Source: Camelus ferus (lineage: Eukaryota). From it: 64,000 nt of DNA. Positions 13,149-27,089 of the stretch are shown in pieces. Numbering within the stretch: the first letter of the stretch is position 1; each line of letters opens with the position of its first letter. Under the pieces are notes generated by a model that did no database searches, was not told where the DNA came from, and was given only the letters and a program-made list of their open reading frames with translations. The stretch covers positions 38,874,001 to 38,938,000 of the forward strand of contig NC_045706.1 of NCBI RefSeq assembly GCF_009834535.1, given 5' to 3'. A program made the translations under genes and the position numbers.

Positions 13149-16100
13149 GTTATTAAAAAGGTCCAAAGCAGCAATAATTTAATGGTCAAATCAGTGAGAG
13201 AAACAATGCAACAGTTTTCATAAGGCAGAACTACTCTGAGATGCCATGTCTCTGACTTTCCAAAATATTTTTGATCATAGGGAGTTTTTTTAATGGATTG
13301 CATTTCAGGATCAGGGATCTGAACATCACCAGTTTGGCCAATGCTTCTTTCGAGCAGTACAAGAAAAAAAAAAAAAAAAAAAAACTGAACTGCAGTTCTT
13401 CATTTAAAGTATTGCCCTCATCTGATAATATTTAACTCTGTGAATTCACTTATTTTTATAGTGATTTTCTCTGATACAATTAAGCCACTTAGCAAACTTC
13501 CTCAGCGCATGATAAAAGGACCTCTTAAGCTTCCTTCAGGTAAAAGTGAGAACATACTTGCACTATAAACAAGAAGACAGTAATTATCTGAGTGATGTGG
13601 ATAATTAACATCAAAACAACCACAAATGTCCTTGAGGGGAGAATCTATGATCTCAGATTTAAAATTATTTAATCTAATATAAATGAAATCAGTAAATACC
13701 AGGTTTAGGTACATTAACATGATTGATCACAGTTATTAACCTTGTTAGGTACAGAAACTGCTTTATATATTTTCTTATTAGTTCTTACATTACTGCTTTC
13801 TTCAATCTCAATACCTTCTGTAGAAAACAAAATCTGCCTCATTCATACTTCATTAAACTATGTTTCCTCAACTTGAGTAAAAGATGATGTAAAAAAATGT
13901 TAACTCAAAATGTATTATCTTCCCAAAGGCTTAGAGATGTGTACAATTTTAGTTATTCCATTCATTTAATCTAATAGTTGATACAAAAAATATTATAATT
14001 AAGTTGACAAATGTATACTCCAATAGACTATTTAGGATTATCTCACAAAGGTAAATTCAATATGTATAGATTAACATGTAATTCATCTGCTCTAACCCCA
14101 GACAGATGCCTTCTTACTACCAAAGGAGAGACAGCGTGCTGCAGTAGAAACTATTCCTTCTGTCCTTTCAACTTAAGCTTTTTTAAGTGAGCAAAGTCTC
14201 CCAACAAGGAAAGCCTAAGGACTTAAGCACTCAACACTAAAGTACTCAAGGAACTTCATCTCACAGTCTGGCAGTGCTATTACTTGACTTTACCTACTCC
14301 TAATGAAGTTTCTTCATTGATGGTTTCTAAAATATTCTCTAGTCAATGTTTTGTTTCCTTATCCTATTAGTACAATTGATATTACCTAGAAATGTGTCTC
14401 TTTGAATAATTTACCTGTTAAATGTATTTATTTAATATGATACTTAGTTACAAAAATGAGTCAAAATAGTTAATTAGATATGCAAAATTCTTTGAGATTA
14501 GAAAAAAGTAATAATATCTAAGCATAGGGAAGGTAACATCACATTGAGGAAGTTGAAATACATATTGAGGAAGTTCCTGCAAAATTACTAACGTCCTTTC
14601 CAAGTAGATTATGTTCTTGGAACTTTGTTACTTAACAGTACTAACAATGTACCAATTACACAAGGAGAGAAGCAGATATTCTTTATACTTAGGTCAGGAC
14701 ACATACACAAAAAAATAATTTCCCTAAAATCTCAAAAGGGGAAACTAAATACATTCTTTATTTTTTAAAGTTATTCTTTTTACCCTCATACAATAGGCCA
14801 CAATGGCCTGATCTTTATTAGCAATATTTGAACACACTCCCACCATACAAGCAAAGTGGGGAGGATCAGATGAAAAGTATTTATTCTCACACCTGAAGGA
14901 ATTTATTATGCTGAAAGGTAGAGAACCAAGAGCTGCTGAATATGAGCGTTTCTGCTGGAACCTTTGGTACTGTGCTAGGATTACCTATTTGTCTGTCTAT
15001 CTATATTTACACACATACACAAATAGGTAAACTGGTATGTTAACAAACATGCTAATAGTAATTCTGCAGTAATAAGCTATTAACACATTTTCTTTGAATA
15101 GTCTGAGAGAAAATTCACTGGAATTTATCTTGAACTATAAATAGCAAGAAACTTTAGGACATGGATTTAGTCTCTTTTCACTTAGTATTTTCATGCTTTC
15201 ATGTACTCATCAACAAAATGAAACCATGATTTTTTTTTTAATTTACATGTTCCTTTGTATGAAAAATGTATTATCTGGAATATATTGTTCCATGTATGCA
15301 TATATGAGGAATAAAGCTGTTGTTGGAAATATAAGGCCTCATGTAAATTTAAATATACTTAAACAGACATATCTTATGTTACAAAAAACATCTATAGCAG
15401 AACTTTTAAAATTTGAGTACATTTTTAAAAACTGAACTCATAATTACTAACAAAAGTATTTCAACTCTATTTTCAAAACTCTATAAATGCCCCCACAAAA
15501 TTGCTTTTTAGTCATATTTATAGTTATATAATAAAAATATCATTGTAAATATAGTTATTTTTAATATTTTAAAATATTGAGGTAGCAAGTATTTATGGAG
15601 TGCCTACCATGCCACGGCAGTAAGACAGATGCTATAAAATACAACAGTGGACAAAAGAGACAGGTTCTTTATCTTTCTCGAGCCTACATTCTGCTCAGAG
15701 TGAGAAGAATTCAACAATAAGCAAGCATGTGTATACACACTATATTTTTTCATAAATTGAAAATTACAATTATATATTTCTTCGTTAAAAGTATTTGCTT
15801 TTCTGAAATATCATGTTCTACTTTTAACTGAGCTCTTTAAATGCCAATTTCACCCACTGCTATCTCGATTTGGAAGAAATTATCTATTTCTGTGCCTATT
15901 TCTGTAAGTTTCCACTCTGGTTTCACTTCCATGGATTTAAAGTATTATCAGATCACAAAATATATTTCTGCTTGCTTTCACTGAAGCTATTATTAGCCAA
16001 ATTTTATCTTAATTCCTATTTTTTTTTCTCCAAAGTTCCAAAAGCCATTTTTTTTTCTGCAATCAAAGCACAAGCCTCACTTCAGAAATACATAAAAGAA

Positions 16101-19100
16101 AATTGATTTTCATGTTGGAAATGTCAAACTTCTTCCTATAATAGTCAGCTATGGTTTTCTGAGACAACAAAGTTCAAAAAGAGCCATCGACCTGATGGCT
16201 GTTTGACACATGATGATGGATTCAACATGTCTACTATTTTACTGCCAGAATGTCCTCCAAGAGAATGAGACAATCAATGAGGAATAATAAATCTAAACTG
16301 GGGAGAAGGTTCACTTGTTTTAAATGTATTAAAAGAGAAAATACTGGTATTTCACTTCTCTGGAAAAAGACTTTCATAAACTCTGTCATTAACTCTTTTT
16401 TTCTCTTTCTGGCCTAGACGAATCAGTCATACATATACCTGCTTAAAGAAATCGAGCAATGCCTGAAAGTTAAACTCCATGTGCAGTTACTGAACTTAAT
16501 GTAAGATACAGATCCTATGTATCGTTCTTCTCCAAAGGAGAGAAAAAAATAACACATAAAGGATGTAATTTTAAGAAAAACATAAACATCACTCACCCTT
16601 GCGTCTTGTCCCTCTGTCAACCAATGGTTCTGGCAACTTCAACTGTTTCTAGTGAATGACATCTTCATTTTCCTATAGGATAGAGTTATTGATCAATGCC
16701 ACATCAAAAGCAAAGGCTTTATTCAGGTGCAGAACATAGAAGCAATTTATTTTCTTACAGACTATAGTTATGCTTGCAATGAATTAATGCAAATTCTAGA
16801 AAGTAAATCTTGCAATCATAATTGTAAGTTTTCAAAGCAGCATGCTTCTGATTGAAAATTTAACTCGCAGAATGCATACCACCATACATGCTCCAGATTA
16901 TGTTCTTTATTTAGAAAACAAAATTTCACTTCCACCGGCACATTTTTATGCCTTTTGATCAGAGTCCTAACAAGGAAGTACAGTATAAATTCTTCAATGA
17001 CATTTTTAAAATGGTAAATAGATTCAAGACAATTAAGGACAACTATATAGATTTAAGGTCACTTTTGGGTCTGTGGCAATTTTAGCTTTCAGAAAGTTAT
17101 AACTATACCATTATCTTCTTAGGTTCACAAATTTTGCACCTAAGTGTATCAAAGGAGAAATGGATAATTTTATGATAATGTAATGAAAAATCTTAAGACA
17201 TTTTAGATATTGCTATTATTCTTACTAGATTTTAATTTTCCTCAAAGTTGAAAACTTTGTCTTAATTATTCATAGCTCTTTTAGTTCCTTAGTTAATACT
17301 GCATTGAGTGTGTACAAGTCAAGAAATACATACAGAAATAGATGGAAATACCTACAATTTGTTTCAAACACTTAAACATATTCCCTTGAAACTACAGAAT
17401 ATCTGACGTTGACGGATGCACTTAATTTATGGAAAACAAAGATAATGGTTTGTTTCTCAAAACCAAACTTTGCTTGTGAACTACTGACTAACTGGAGAGA
17501 AATACACAGAAAATTCTATTTCAAAATTATACATCTAAAACAATTATATCAAATAGCACAAAGTAAATAACATCATGAGAAAGAAGATAATTATTCACAA
17601 AAATCTAGAACACACAACTGAATTTTTGAAAATAGTGTTTGCATAAATATATTAAGATCTATATAAAAATAAAAAATGAGAAATGCATAAAAGTCAATTT
17701 TTATACCTCTTTAGGGATTAGGAAATATCTAACTTCAAGGAAAAAATGAATAAGACAGTTCTAATTTTTTTTAATTAAGCAGCATATTCATCTATTTTTT
17801 TCACAATAAAATGTAACTTTAACATCAATATAAAAAAAAAAAAACAGTTGAATCTTTTCAGTCAAATTATGGATGGGGTTTGAAGGGATCTCCAAAATTT
17901 ATACTCTACCTGTCAAGCCCACTCTGGCTCCTTGGTAGCACCTGGGACATTTTTGTACAACCTTATAGCCCCATAGAACACATTCTGAAAACTCTTGATA
18001 TAAATAATTTCTTATCATACTTTAATAACAGCTATAAAAAAAAGGATATGGCATTGCAATTGATTTAATCAACAATGACCATAATAAGAGGACAATTATT
18101 ATGGGCACTTACTGAACATACACAGACTCTGAGTGTCACTCCAAAGACCAGAAATGGCTAGATTTTCTCTAGAGGTTCTCTATATTTCTGAATAGTGTTG
18201 AACCTTCAGTTAATTCCATGCTACATAAACCATGTTGCACTGTACTTCAGGTCTATTTGGTAAGACACTGTGTGGTTGTTCACCATGATCTCTGAGTAAT
18301 GATTATATGTTATAAAATATAAAAGAAACTGCAGAAGATTTGTAAATTAATATTTAAGGTATTTAATACCTCCAGATTGAGGGGGTGGAAGACAAAGGAA
18401 ATAGAAGCCTCTATAACTTCAGCAAATGTAAATTATATGTAAAAATGTAATTTTATGTGATTGTTCATATATATTTCCATTATAGTTCCAAGGCCAAAAT
18501 AATTACTTAAATTTCTACTTTTTTAGCACTGATTTAATCAGTCCTAGATTTGGGAAGTTATAAATCAGAGCTTATATCTAGAGTATAGGATTTCAAATAA
18601 ATAGTTATACATTTACAAAAACTGAGAGGTAGGGTAAAGGTGACATCTTTGGTTAATACCAAGTCCTGAGGTATTCCATTTATTATCAATTTTAAAGTTT
18701 TTTAATCCATTTTTCTAGATTGATACTTCAACAGTAACTCCTCTAGAGTTACCCAAGCTTTTCTAACTGTTCTGGACTTCCCTGGTATTAACATAAGCAG
18801 AGATTCTATTTATTTACAGCACACAGCTCCACACAGCACTTTGGAAACGTGCTAGCTGATGAGCTTAAACTAGTGCTAGAATCATTGGCTACGAAAATTA
18901 TTGTTTTCATTGAAAAATCTTATTCTTGATTGACCTCTATGATGTAGTAATACAGTATTTAATCAATGAGATAGATTGGTTAACTGCATTTCATCTCTTT
19001 AACAGTGTCATTAAATGTACAACCACAGAAAGATTTACGATATGATCTAATTGAGCAACCACTCCACCTGGACAACACTTGAATAATGAAGCAGTTTGAG

Positions 19101-19859
19101 ATTTATTAAGGTAAAAGACTTAATGTTTCAAGAACTGGAATTTCAGTCTCTGAAAACATCATTCTCAAAAGGGTAATACTTTCCATTTTGAATCTAACGT
19201 AAACACTAAGGAAATGTAAACTGATAAAAATACGAAGTTACACGATGTTTTGCTGTACAAGAGTGGGTAGATGTATGTAACAGACTGTCAGTTACCAGAG
19301 GTAATTATTTTTAAAAAGCCACTTGCCTAGGTGTGAAATAAAAATAGTAGAAAGAATTAATGTAATTAACTAAATACTAAAAATGGTAAAGGACAAGAAA
19401 AAAATATGATTTAAATAAATCTTAGATTTACTTTACTATTTAATGTTATCAACTATTAATAGACATGAAATTGTATAAAAGTCAAATCAATGGTTGTTTA
19501 ATTAAAGTTATGCGGGAGGGGAAAAGATAGGAAGAAAGGCAGGAAGGGAGGGAGGGAGGGATGTTAACAGGCACTGAGGAAAAGAGTGGAAGGCAATTTG
19601 GTACACCATGACAAAGATCTTTATATCTAGCATGAATGTTTTTTTAGAAGCTGGAGGCTGTAAAGAAGATAAAACCACCACTATCATCACCTTTAATGAA
19701 AGATTAAAAAAAAAAAAAAAAGACAGCAGGGCATCCTAAGAAATAAAATCATGAAATTCCCAGCAACAGGCCTCTTGCAAGGTGTTCAGGGATAAAGCGT
19801 AGCTAATTTTTTTCTCTTAGCATGCTTTACGGTTTGAATTTTAAGACACTGCTCCTCTG

Positions 19860-20230
19860 CCCTTTCCTCTACATTTCTGTCTGCCTTTTTGCTGGTTTCT
19901 TCTCACTTCTCTATCTCTAAATGATGGAAATCCCAGGTCTCTGACCTTACATCTCTTATCCTATTTACACACAGTGATTTCCTGTGTGTTTTTTATCTAG
20001 TCTTATGGAATTAAATATCACCAAATTGGCGTCTTCAGGCTACAGCCCTCCACGCTCTTGCTTTTGATTCTACCTGAATTAACATGGCCAATGCCAAGCT
20101 CCAGAGTCTCCCTTCTTCCTCCAATTCCCTTCTTCACTCCTTAAACAGCAGTTCCTTTCTTTCACTAGGTTAAGACAGGACAATGATGCATTCTCTACAC
20201 TATGAGGGCTCCAAGTTACTACTTAATATT
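19860..20230 (+). mobile_element. L2 LINE fragment
   Basis: CT-rich L2-like body (CCCAGGTCTCTGACCTTACATCTCTTATCCTATTTACAC...TTAAATATCACC). Confidence 0.5.
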
Positions 20231-22119
20231 TCTTCATCTAATATTTTTCATCCAACATTTCTGTGTTCAAAATGTGTTCTCAAATTCCTAATAACTCATA
20301 TGACACTGTTGTTTATTTCATTTTTTTTATAATTACCCTAACAACTTCATTCAGCTTCATAAAATCTCTGCATATTTTAAGCCATGATACAGTAAGGCAG
20401 AGTGATACAGTGGAGGGACCTAGAGTTAAGGGGGAGAAAAGGGGGGTTGTGGGGGAGGGTGTCAGCCCACTTTGCTATTTGGCATTTGAGGAAGTTCTTT
20501 GCCAAACCATACTTTATTAATTTATAAACTCAGTATGTTGGACCTGATGATTCATAACATGTGGTACAGATCTGTGATTCAAGACCACGCAATTTTAAAC
20601 CAGAAGTAGACATTGGCTTCAAATCAAGAATTAACAGCAGTCATTTGGCAATAGATTTTTATGTGAATAAGGATTTGATTACAGATCTGGAAAAGGATGG
20701 TGTGTTCAGGATGTGGAATAGCTGAAGAGTGGTTATCTGTGTCACACAATTGTCACATCTGCAGTAGATTTAACCAGGAAGGAAAAGAAAAAGATAAAGA
20801 AACTTTTAGTAATAGAAAAGAACTTGAATCCAAGCAATAAAAGCCATTTAAATTTAAGAACTATTTTGCATATTACACTTCAAGTCTTTCAGAGAAGATA
20901 ACATAAATTCTTCCTGGTTGTTGTAGAATGGATTTCATGACCATTTGCTTAAAATCTAGAGATTCTAAAAAACCCCTGAAATATCGCACTTATTTTTCTT
21001 AAAAGCCCTTAGAAAATTTATTTTGAGTGACATACAAAATATAAAATAGGTACTGTTAGTCAGAAGAATAAATTTATATTTCAGGAAAATACCAGTGTAT
21101 GACAGAGCTCTTCAATTGAGGAAAAAAATACTTTTTTATGAAAAGATATTCTAAGTCACTATATTTATCAGGGTCATTTCTTAAACCTAAGTACTCATCT
21201 AATAAAATACTGTGATTCATTTTTTCTTTCAAGATAAGGACACAAACATGTTCAAGGGAAGGCATGATCTTTGATTTTTTCAAAATTGTTTTAAATTAGT
21301 AAAAGATGGGCATAAAATCCTGGAAACAGCTGCTAAGTGAATGGTTTTGTTTGTGACCAAAATAATTAATATATGACTTTGCAGAAAGCCTTGTGAGTAT
21401 TTTGCATAACAAGATGCTCAACGAATGGCCACTTCAGAGCATTTGGATATTATAAATCATTACAATACCAGTTTGAAATCTAATACTCAGCATGCTACAA
21501 TAACTCCATGAAATTATTTTTGGCATAGTTCAAGAGCATGCATCTCGTCATTACTTTTTCCTGCTGAGAGGGCTCACACAGAACACACCATTCTTTAAAT
21601 TACGTTTTAGGGAATATTTATGGTATCATTATAATGTAACAAAAAAGTCAAGACAAGAACGAGAGATGAGTTTATGTCTGTTAAAACAAAAGCAGGTTTA
21701 AATATACATTGTATTAAAAGACATATCTCTTTTAGATCGTCTTTGCTTGAATTGTTTTTTGCAAGATGGAGACAGCTTCACAAGTTCTAAAAGCCTTGTA
21801 AATACATAGCTCTACAAAAAGGATTTATCTTACGCAAACTTAAGCAACAGTCAGCTTGATCACTGCAGAGACCAGTGGTTGCTTAGTTCACTTGGATTCC
21901 AGTTCATTCTTTCTCAAACAGTTATGTAACTACATTTGACCAATGCTGGAGAAATGTTTGAATTCCTGTAGGTAACTGATTATGCTTTATAACTGGCAAT
22001 AAAGAAAATCCACTGTATTATTCCTAGCTACCTTTTTAATATTCTTCTTTACCTCCAGGGGCCACTGAATTTCTGTATTTAAACTGGCAAAGCCCCAGTA
22101 AGATCTTAGTGAATGACTA

Positions 22120-22676
22120 TGTTATGGAGGTCAAGTTACAAAATAGAAATCGGATTTGCTTCTGGGTTACAAAGATTATATGAATATGTATATGTCTTTG
22201 TGCCTGTAACGGGATGTGGATAAAAGAGACTGTACATGCAAATACCTTTCCTAAAGGAGGGTAATAGCTCACATGCCATCCATCGCTCTGCAGCCTTCCT
22301 AGATTTAGCTAGTATTGGGAAAGCATAGGTAAATTCATAGCTGAAATTGTTAAATTAATTTAACAAGGAGGCCATTGGGCTGAGACTGATAGGCTTAGAT
22401 TTGGGTTTGCTTACCTAGGAGACCTCAGTGTTAGAGCCTGTCAACGACACAAAGTTACAGAATCCAAACGTTATGGAGAATCAATCCCAAACAGCCTTAG
22501 CTGATCAATAATGTTCTTACTTCACTTACGCCTTTTCTCTATAAAGCTCTCTCCTCAAGCTCCTGTTAGTAAAGTGTTCCTAATCATTTCCAGTTTGGTG
22601 TTGCCCCGTGTGAATTAATCAATGAGCAAATAAACTTTGAAGGTTTTTAATATGCCTCAGTTTATCCTTTTTAAAA
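22120..22676 (+). mobile_element. ERV1-class solo LTR
   Basis: Starts TGTTA; TATA-like TATAAA; AATAAA near 22628; ends TTTAATATGCCTCAGTTTATCCTTTTTAAAA, an ERV1-type terminus; flanks ACTA/ACTC are a near-TSD. Confidence 0.6.
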
Positions 22677-22856
22677 ACTCACGTGACACTTTTTAATGTG
22701 TATTTTTTAAATACGTAAGTAGTTGAAGGTTTTAATATGCTTTGTCTTCCTAAAATTGTCTTCTTTACTTTGTTTCCATCACCTTTATGACTTTCTATAT
22801 AATAACTATGTTTGTTATTTTTTGTACACTTATTTTCTCAGTTAGTAGTATGACTT

Positions 22857-23246
22857 TCAAGGGGGTAGAATAGGCCACCTCAAAATACGCCACTTTGGCA
22901 TAAGGATTAATTTGAGCTAAAGGCCCTAAGAAAAATTGCAAAAAGCAGAAGAACACTCTAAATTTTATCCTTTACTTAAAAGCAGGAGATGAACCTCCCA
23001 TTTGAAAGATGTCCTCTCTGTTCCAGAAGGAAAGTAACATTCTTATTATCAACAAGAGAGAGAAGTTGAGACCAGGAGGATTCCTGTATAGTAGATCTGT
23101 TAAAATAATTCTTATTTTCCTTTAGTCTCTCCACATAGTTATTTTCATACTTGCTTCTCTTTGTTCAACCTATTATAAAAGCAGGCAGGTTTTGCTCAGG
23201 TGAAAACCCCTAAGAAGGCAGATGCAAAACATTTGCCTCCCCTATA
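22857..23246 (+). mobile_element. MER34-like ERV1 LTR
   Basis: AGAATAGGCCACCTCAAAATACGCCACTTTGGCATAAGGATTAATTTGAGCTAAAGGC is the characteristic MER34-family 5' end; ends TTTGCCTCCCCTATA. Confidence 0.75.
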
Positions 23247-23749
23247 CTTTCATCTTACAGCATTTGACATAAATGTTAAATGATTACACACTGAAAATAC
23301 CTGCATTTATTTTTCTTCCTTTAAACTTCAAGTTTATTCTTTAGTAACATGAAGTTCATTTTTATTTACTTTTGTATTAGAATATTTACACCAATTTTTT
23401 AAATCTATCTGAATTGATCTTGATGTAAGGTATTGATGGGTCCAAAATATGAATTATTGCATTCAAAATTTTCTTATTTCACACTTTGCACTATAGTTTG
23501 CCAACTCCTCATGGAAACCACAACATCTAATTTTACAGACAAATATGTTGATCTTTGTTACAGAAGTAGAACTGAATTCTCACATCTGTACTAATGGAAT
23601 ATTACTGTGTAACTACTCCAGACTACCATGACATGAAATCTATTTTACAACTGATACTTGCTTATTTTTAATTTTACATGGTACATTTTAGTTTGGAATT
23701 TAGATGTGAAAAATACTACCAAATTGAATTAAATACAGCCAGTCAAAAT

Positions 23750-25190
23750 CCTCCAAAAATCTAAAACTGAGGTAAGGTGTGTGGAAGATGGAAAGAACCA
23801 CAAGACACAAACCCCTGTTCTTGGAGCGTTCACCAGTCTAGGAGCTAAGTAGGCTCTTGTTCATGTACAACTATAATTTAAGTCAATACAATAAATCATC
23901 AGAACACTGTCAACAACTAAAGAGATTCAGGGAGCTAAATAATCAGGAAGACGTCATGAAATGGCTTCAAAGAACACTAAGAAGTTGGATAGGACAGATG
24001 GTAAGATTCATAAGAGAAGTACAAAGTAAAGAGAGGAAATCAGAATCAAATACCAAAGGTAGGAAAATATGAGACCTATTTGATAATTCTCAGATAATGT
24101 AGTTTCACTCCAGTTGTACAGGTTGTGGAAAGGTTGGGGGACAGATTATAAAAGGTCTACCTAAAATGCCTCAAGAGCCTGGATTCTATACCTTTGAGAT
24201 GGGAGATTTTAAGTTGACTGTTTCTAGTAAGAGATTGATCAGTATTGATCTGGAAAATTAAGCCATTGGCAGAAAGGCAAATTCATTATAAAAGGGGAGA
24301 AAAGCTAAGAGGTAGCTGCATTCATTCACTCATTGATTCACTTAGTTATCCATTCAGCAGGGATTTATTAAATACCCGCTGTGAACCAAGCACTGTTCTG
24401 AGTTTGCACTCACAGAAATTAACAGACTATGATAACATGGTAAGATTTCTCTGTCATAAATGGGATGTGAAGATGTTTTTCTACTACGACAATAACAAAA
24501 ATACAGAGAAAGCATAAAATAGATTGCAAATTTGGGTGCACATTTATAAAATTGGCTTCAGGGGAAAAACATAGTGAAAGTAAATCAAATGCCATGCTGC
24601 AAAAATATTTACAACTCACATTTCAGTCCCAGAGTTCATTTCCCTAAAATACCGAAAATCCCTGTGGATAAATAAGACTAATCACATCATAGACAAATGG
24701 GCAAGGTATTCAACTGTTTCCCACTCTGTCTCACAGTATTGATTTGATGTTCCTCTTACCCTTTTCAGGTACTTCAAAACATTTTTTTCTTAACTGTTTT
24801 AGGTAAACATTCATATGGCAATTATTCTAGTCCAGATTTCTGTTAGCCCATTGGGAACTTTTTGCTGCTTGGTTACCAATGGAATATTATTGTGCAACTA
24901 TTCTTGAGTGCTTACATTCTAGTGAAGGTAGACACTCATTCAGAAAAGAAAAAATAGAGCAAAAATGCTTCTAAATTTGAAGGAAATTGGCTTTTAAGAG
25001 ATTATATGAGGGTCTAAGAGACTCAGGCTCGGAATTGGGACTTACTTCAGACAGTATGGCAAGGCAGAGTGGTCTGGTAAAGCGATATTTAAACTGAGGC
25101 CTAAAATACGTGAAGACAGTAGACATCTGAGGGAAAGACCACTGCAGGCAACAAGAATAAGACAAGTTAAAGCCATGCTCGGTAAGAAAA
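23750..25190 (-). mobile_element. Fragmented L2 LINE cluster
   Basis: CATTCATTCACTCATTGATTC...TTATTAAATACCCGCTGTGAACCAAGCACTGTTCTG near 24320 and purine-rich antisense L2 pieces on both sides. Confidence 0.5.
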
Positions 25191-25232
25191 AAAAAACAGT
25201 CTGAAATTCTATGGTTTATGATTCATTGAGTT

Positions 25233-25400
25233 GTTTTTGTTTTGTTTTGTTTTAATTGAGTTACAGTCAGTTTACAATGTTGTATCAATTTCTGGTATAC
25301 AGCACAGTTTTTCAGTCATACATGAATATACATATATTCGTTTTCATATTCTTTTTCATCATGAGCTACGGTAAGATCTTGAATATATTTCCCTGTGCTA
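25233..25400 (-). mobile_element. Young lineage-specific (camelid-like) 5'-truncated L1 with TSD
   Basis: (TTTTG)n tail then AATTGAGTTACAGTCAGTTTACAATGTTGTATCAATTTCTGGTATACAGCA...GAATATATTTCCCTGTGCTA; flanked by CATTGAGTT (25224-25232) and CACTGAGTT (25401-25409), 8/9 identical. Confidence 0.8.
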
Positions 25401-26629
25401 CACTGAGTTTTGATAAGCACATTTAAATAATTGTTTGCCTTTGTTTTTAATTCTGAAAGTGTTTAATTCTGAAAGTTTAAAATCATTTTGAGATGTTTTC
25501 ATTAAACGTTTTGCATCAATTTCTCCATAGCTATAGTCTTCGAAACAGAAAATTCATGACAAGTTTTCTAAAGTGTATTTTCACAAAGAAAGAAAACAAA
25601 AATCATTATATATAACATAAAATGACATTTTTTTCTGTTCTAGTAATTAGTCTTTAAGTGGTATTTTATATTAATTTTTGTAGTATTTAAGATATTAATA
25701 GTTGACAATATTGAGTTAACTAGACTCTTCAGCTTATCATCATTAAACAAATGAGTTTTCCAAAGTAATTTACTGAGTTCCATTTAAACTGTGTGTTTAA
25801 TTTGCATGCTTTTATTAAGAAATACTAACTGATGATTCTTTTCTATTTCTGATAATACTGCATTGTGGGTCTCAGTTACACATTAGGACAAAATAGGCAC
25901 CTTAATCATAATTATATCAGACTGGGCATTTGTTTGCATATAACTTGTGGTTTATAGGAACTTAATCATTAACCTTTCTCATATGTTATATTTTAAGGAC
26001 TATTCTAAATTTACTGACAATAATCATCTGAGAGTACTAATATTTTTAAAATTTTAGAGCCATTTAAAGTAGAAGGCTAAAATTTGACAACCCTACATCA
26101 ATCCAAATGTTATTTTGTATTATAAGTGCATATACGGCAGTATAATTATTTTTATATTCTGTTTATGTTTAACTATTTAAGGATAGAGTGCATGAAATTT
26201 AGTTTTAAAATAGTTTTATGATTATTTGAAGCTCAATATTCCTTTGAAGTCTTTTTTTCTTATGAAAGAAAATAATTTTTATTTAATAGGTATTTAAATA
26301 GTCATCTATCATTTACAAATTTTAGGCGGTAAAAGGAAGATCATCTTTGGCATTATGAGGTTCAGTGCTTTTCCAGTATAGGGATACTTACTTCATGTGT
26401 AGTCTCCAAGAAAAGTTAGTAACCCTGCCATATGAGATATTTTATTTTTAGATATTTGGAAACAAAACAAAACTCTACACATAGAAGTGAATAAAAGTAA
26501 CTGCAAAAAATTAAATCTGACTTCAGAATGTTAACTTACCTGATGCCCTACCTCTCTGTGTATGACAGTAAGACAGACATATTTTCTTACCACCTAAACA
26601 CACACACACACGTTTGCACATGCACACAA

Positions 26630-26880
26630 CATATAGTGCTTAATAATACAGATTCTGGAATCAAACTACCTGGAATAAGTCTTGGCTCTGTCCCCGAATA
26701 GCTGTAAACTCAGACAGGTCATTTAACCTCTCTGTCTTCCCTGTCCTCAACCGTCAACAGATCTGTAAAGCACACCCCACGCTGCTGTAGAATTAAATGA
26801 ACTGGTGTACGTACATTACCTAGAACCGTGCCTCATAAATAATAATCTCTAAGAAAATGTTAAATAACATTACTACTACC
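26630..26880 (+). mobile_element. MIR SINE, unusually CpG-rich
   Basis: TAGTGCTTAATAATACAGATTCTGGAATCAAACTACCTGG...CTTGGCTCTG...TCATTTAACCTCTCTGT...AATTAAATGA...TAGAACCGTGCCT is collinear with MIR. Confidence 0.75.
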
Positions 26881-27089
26881 ATTTTAATACACAGCAGGAG
26901 AAAGTCTGCGGAGAGAAGACAGGACAAAACTGGGGTTCTGCTGGGAGGAAAAGACATGATTTAACTTTTGTTAGTAGAAATGAACTGAGTTCAGTCAAGT
27001 TAGGAATTCACCCCGCAAGACTGTGTGACAAAAAGCAGCCAGGATAGCGAGATAAAGACTAAAAGGCAAGTAACTTTTTGTGACTTTAA

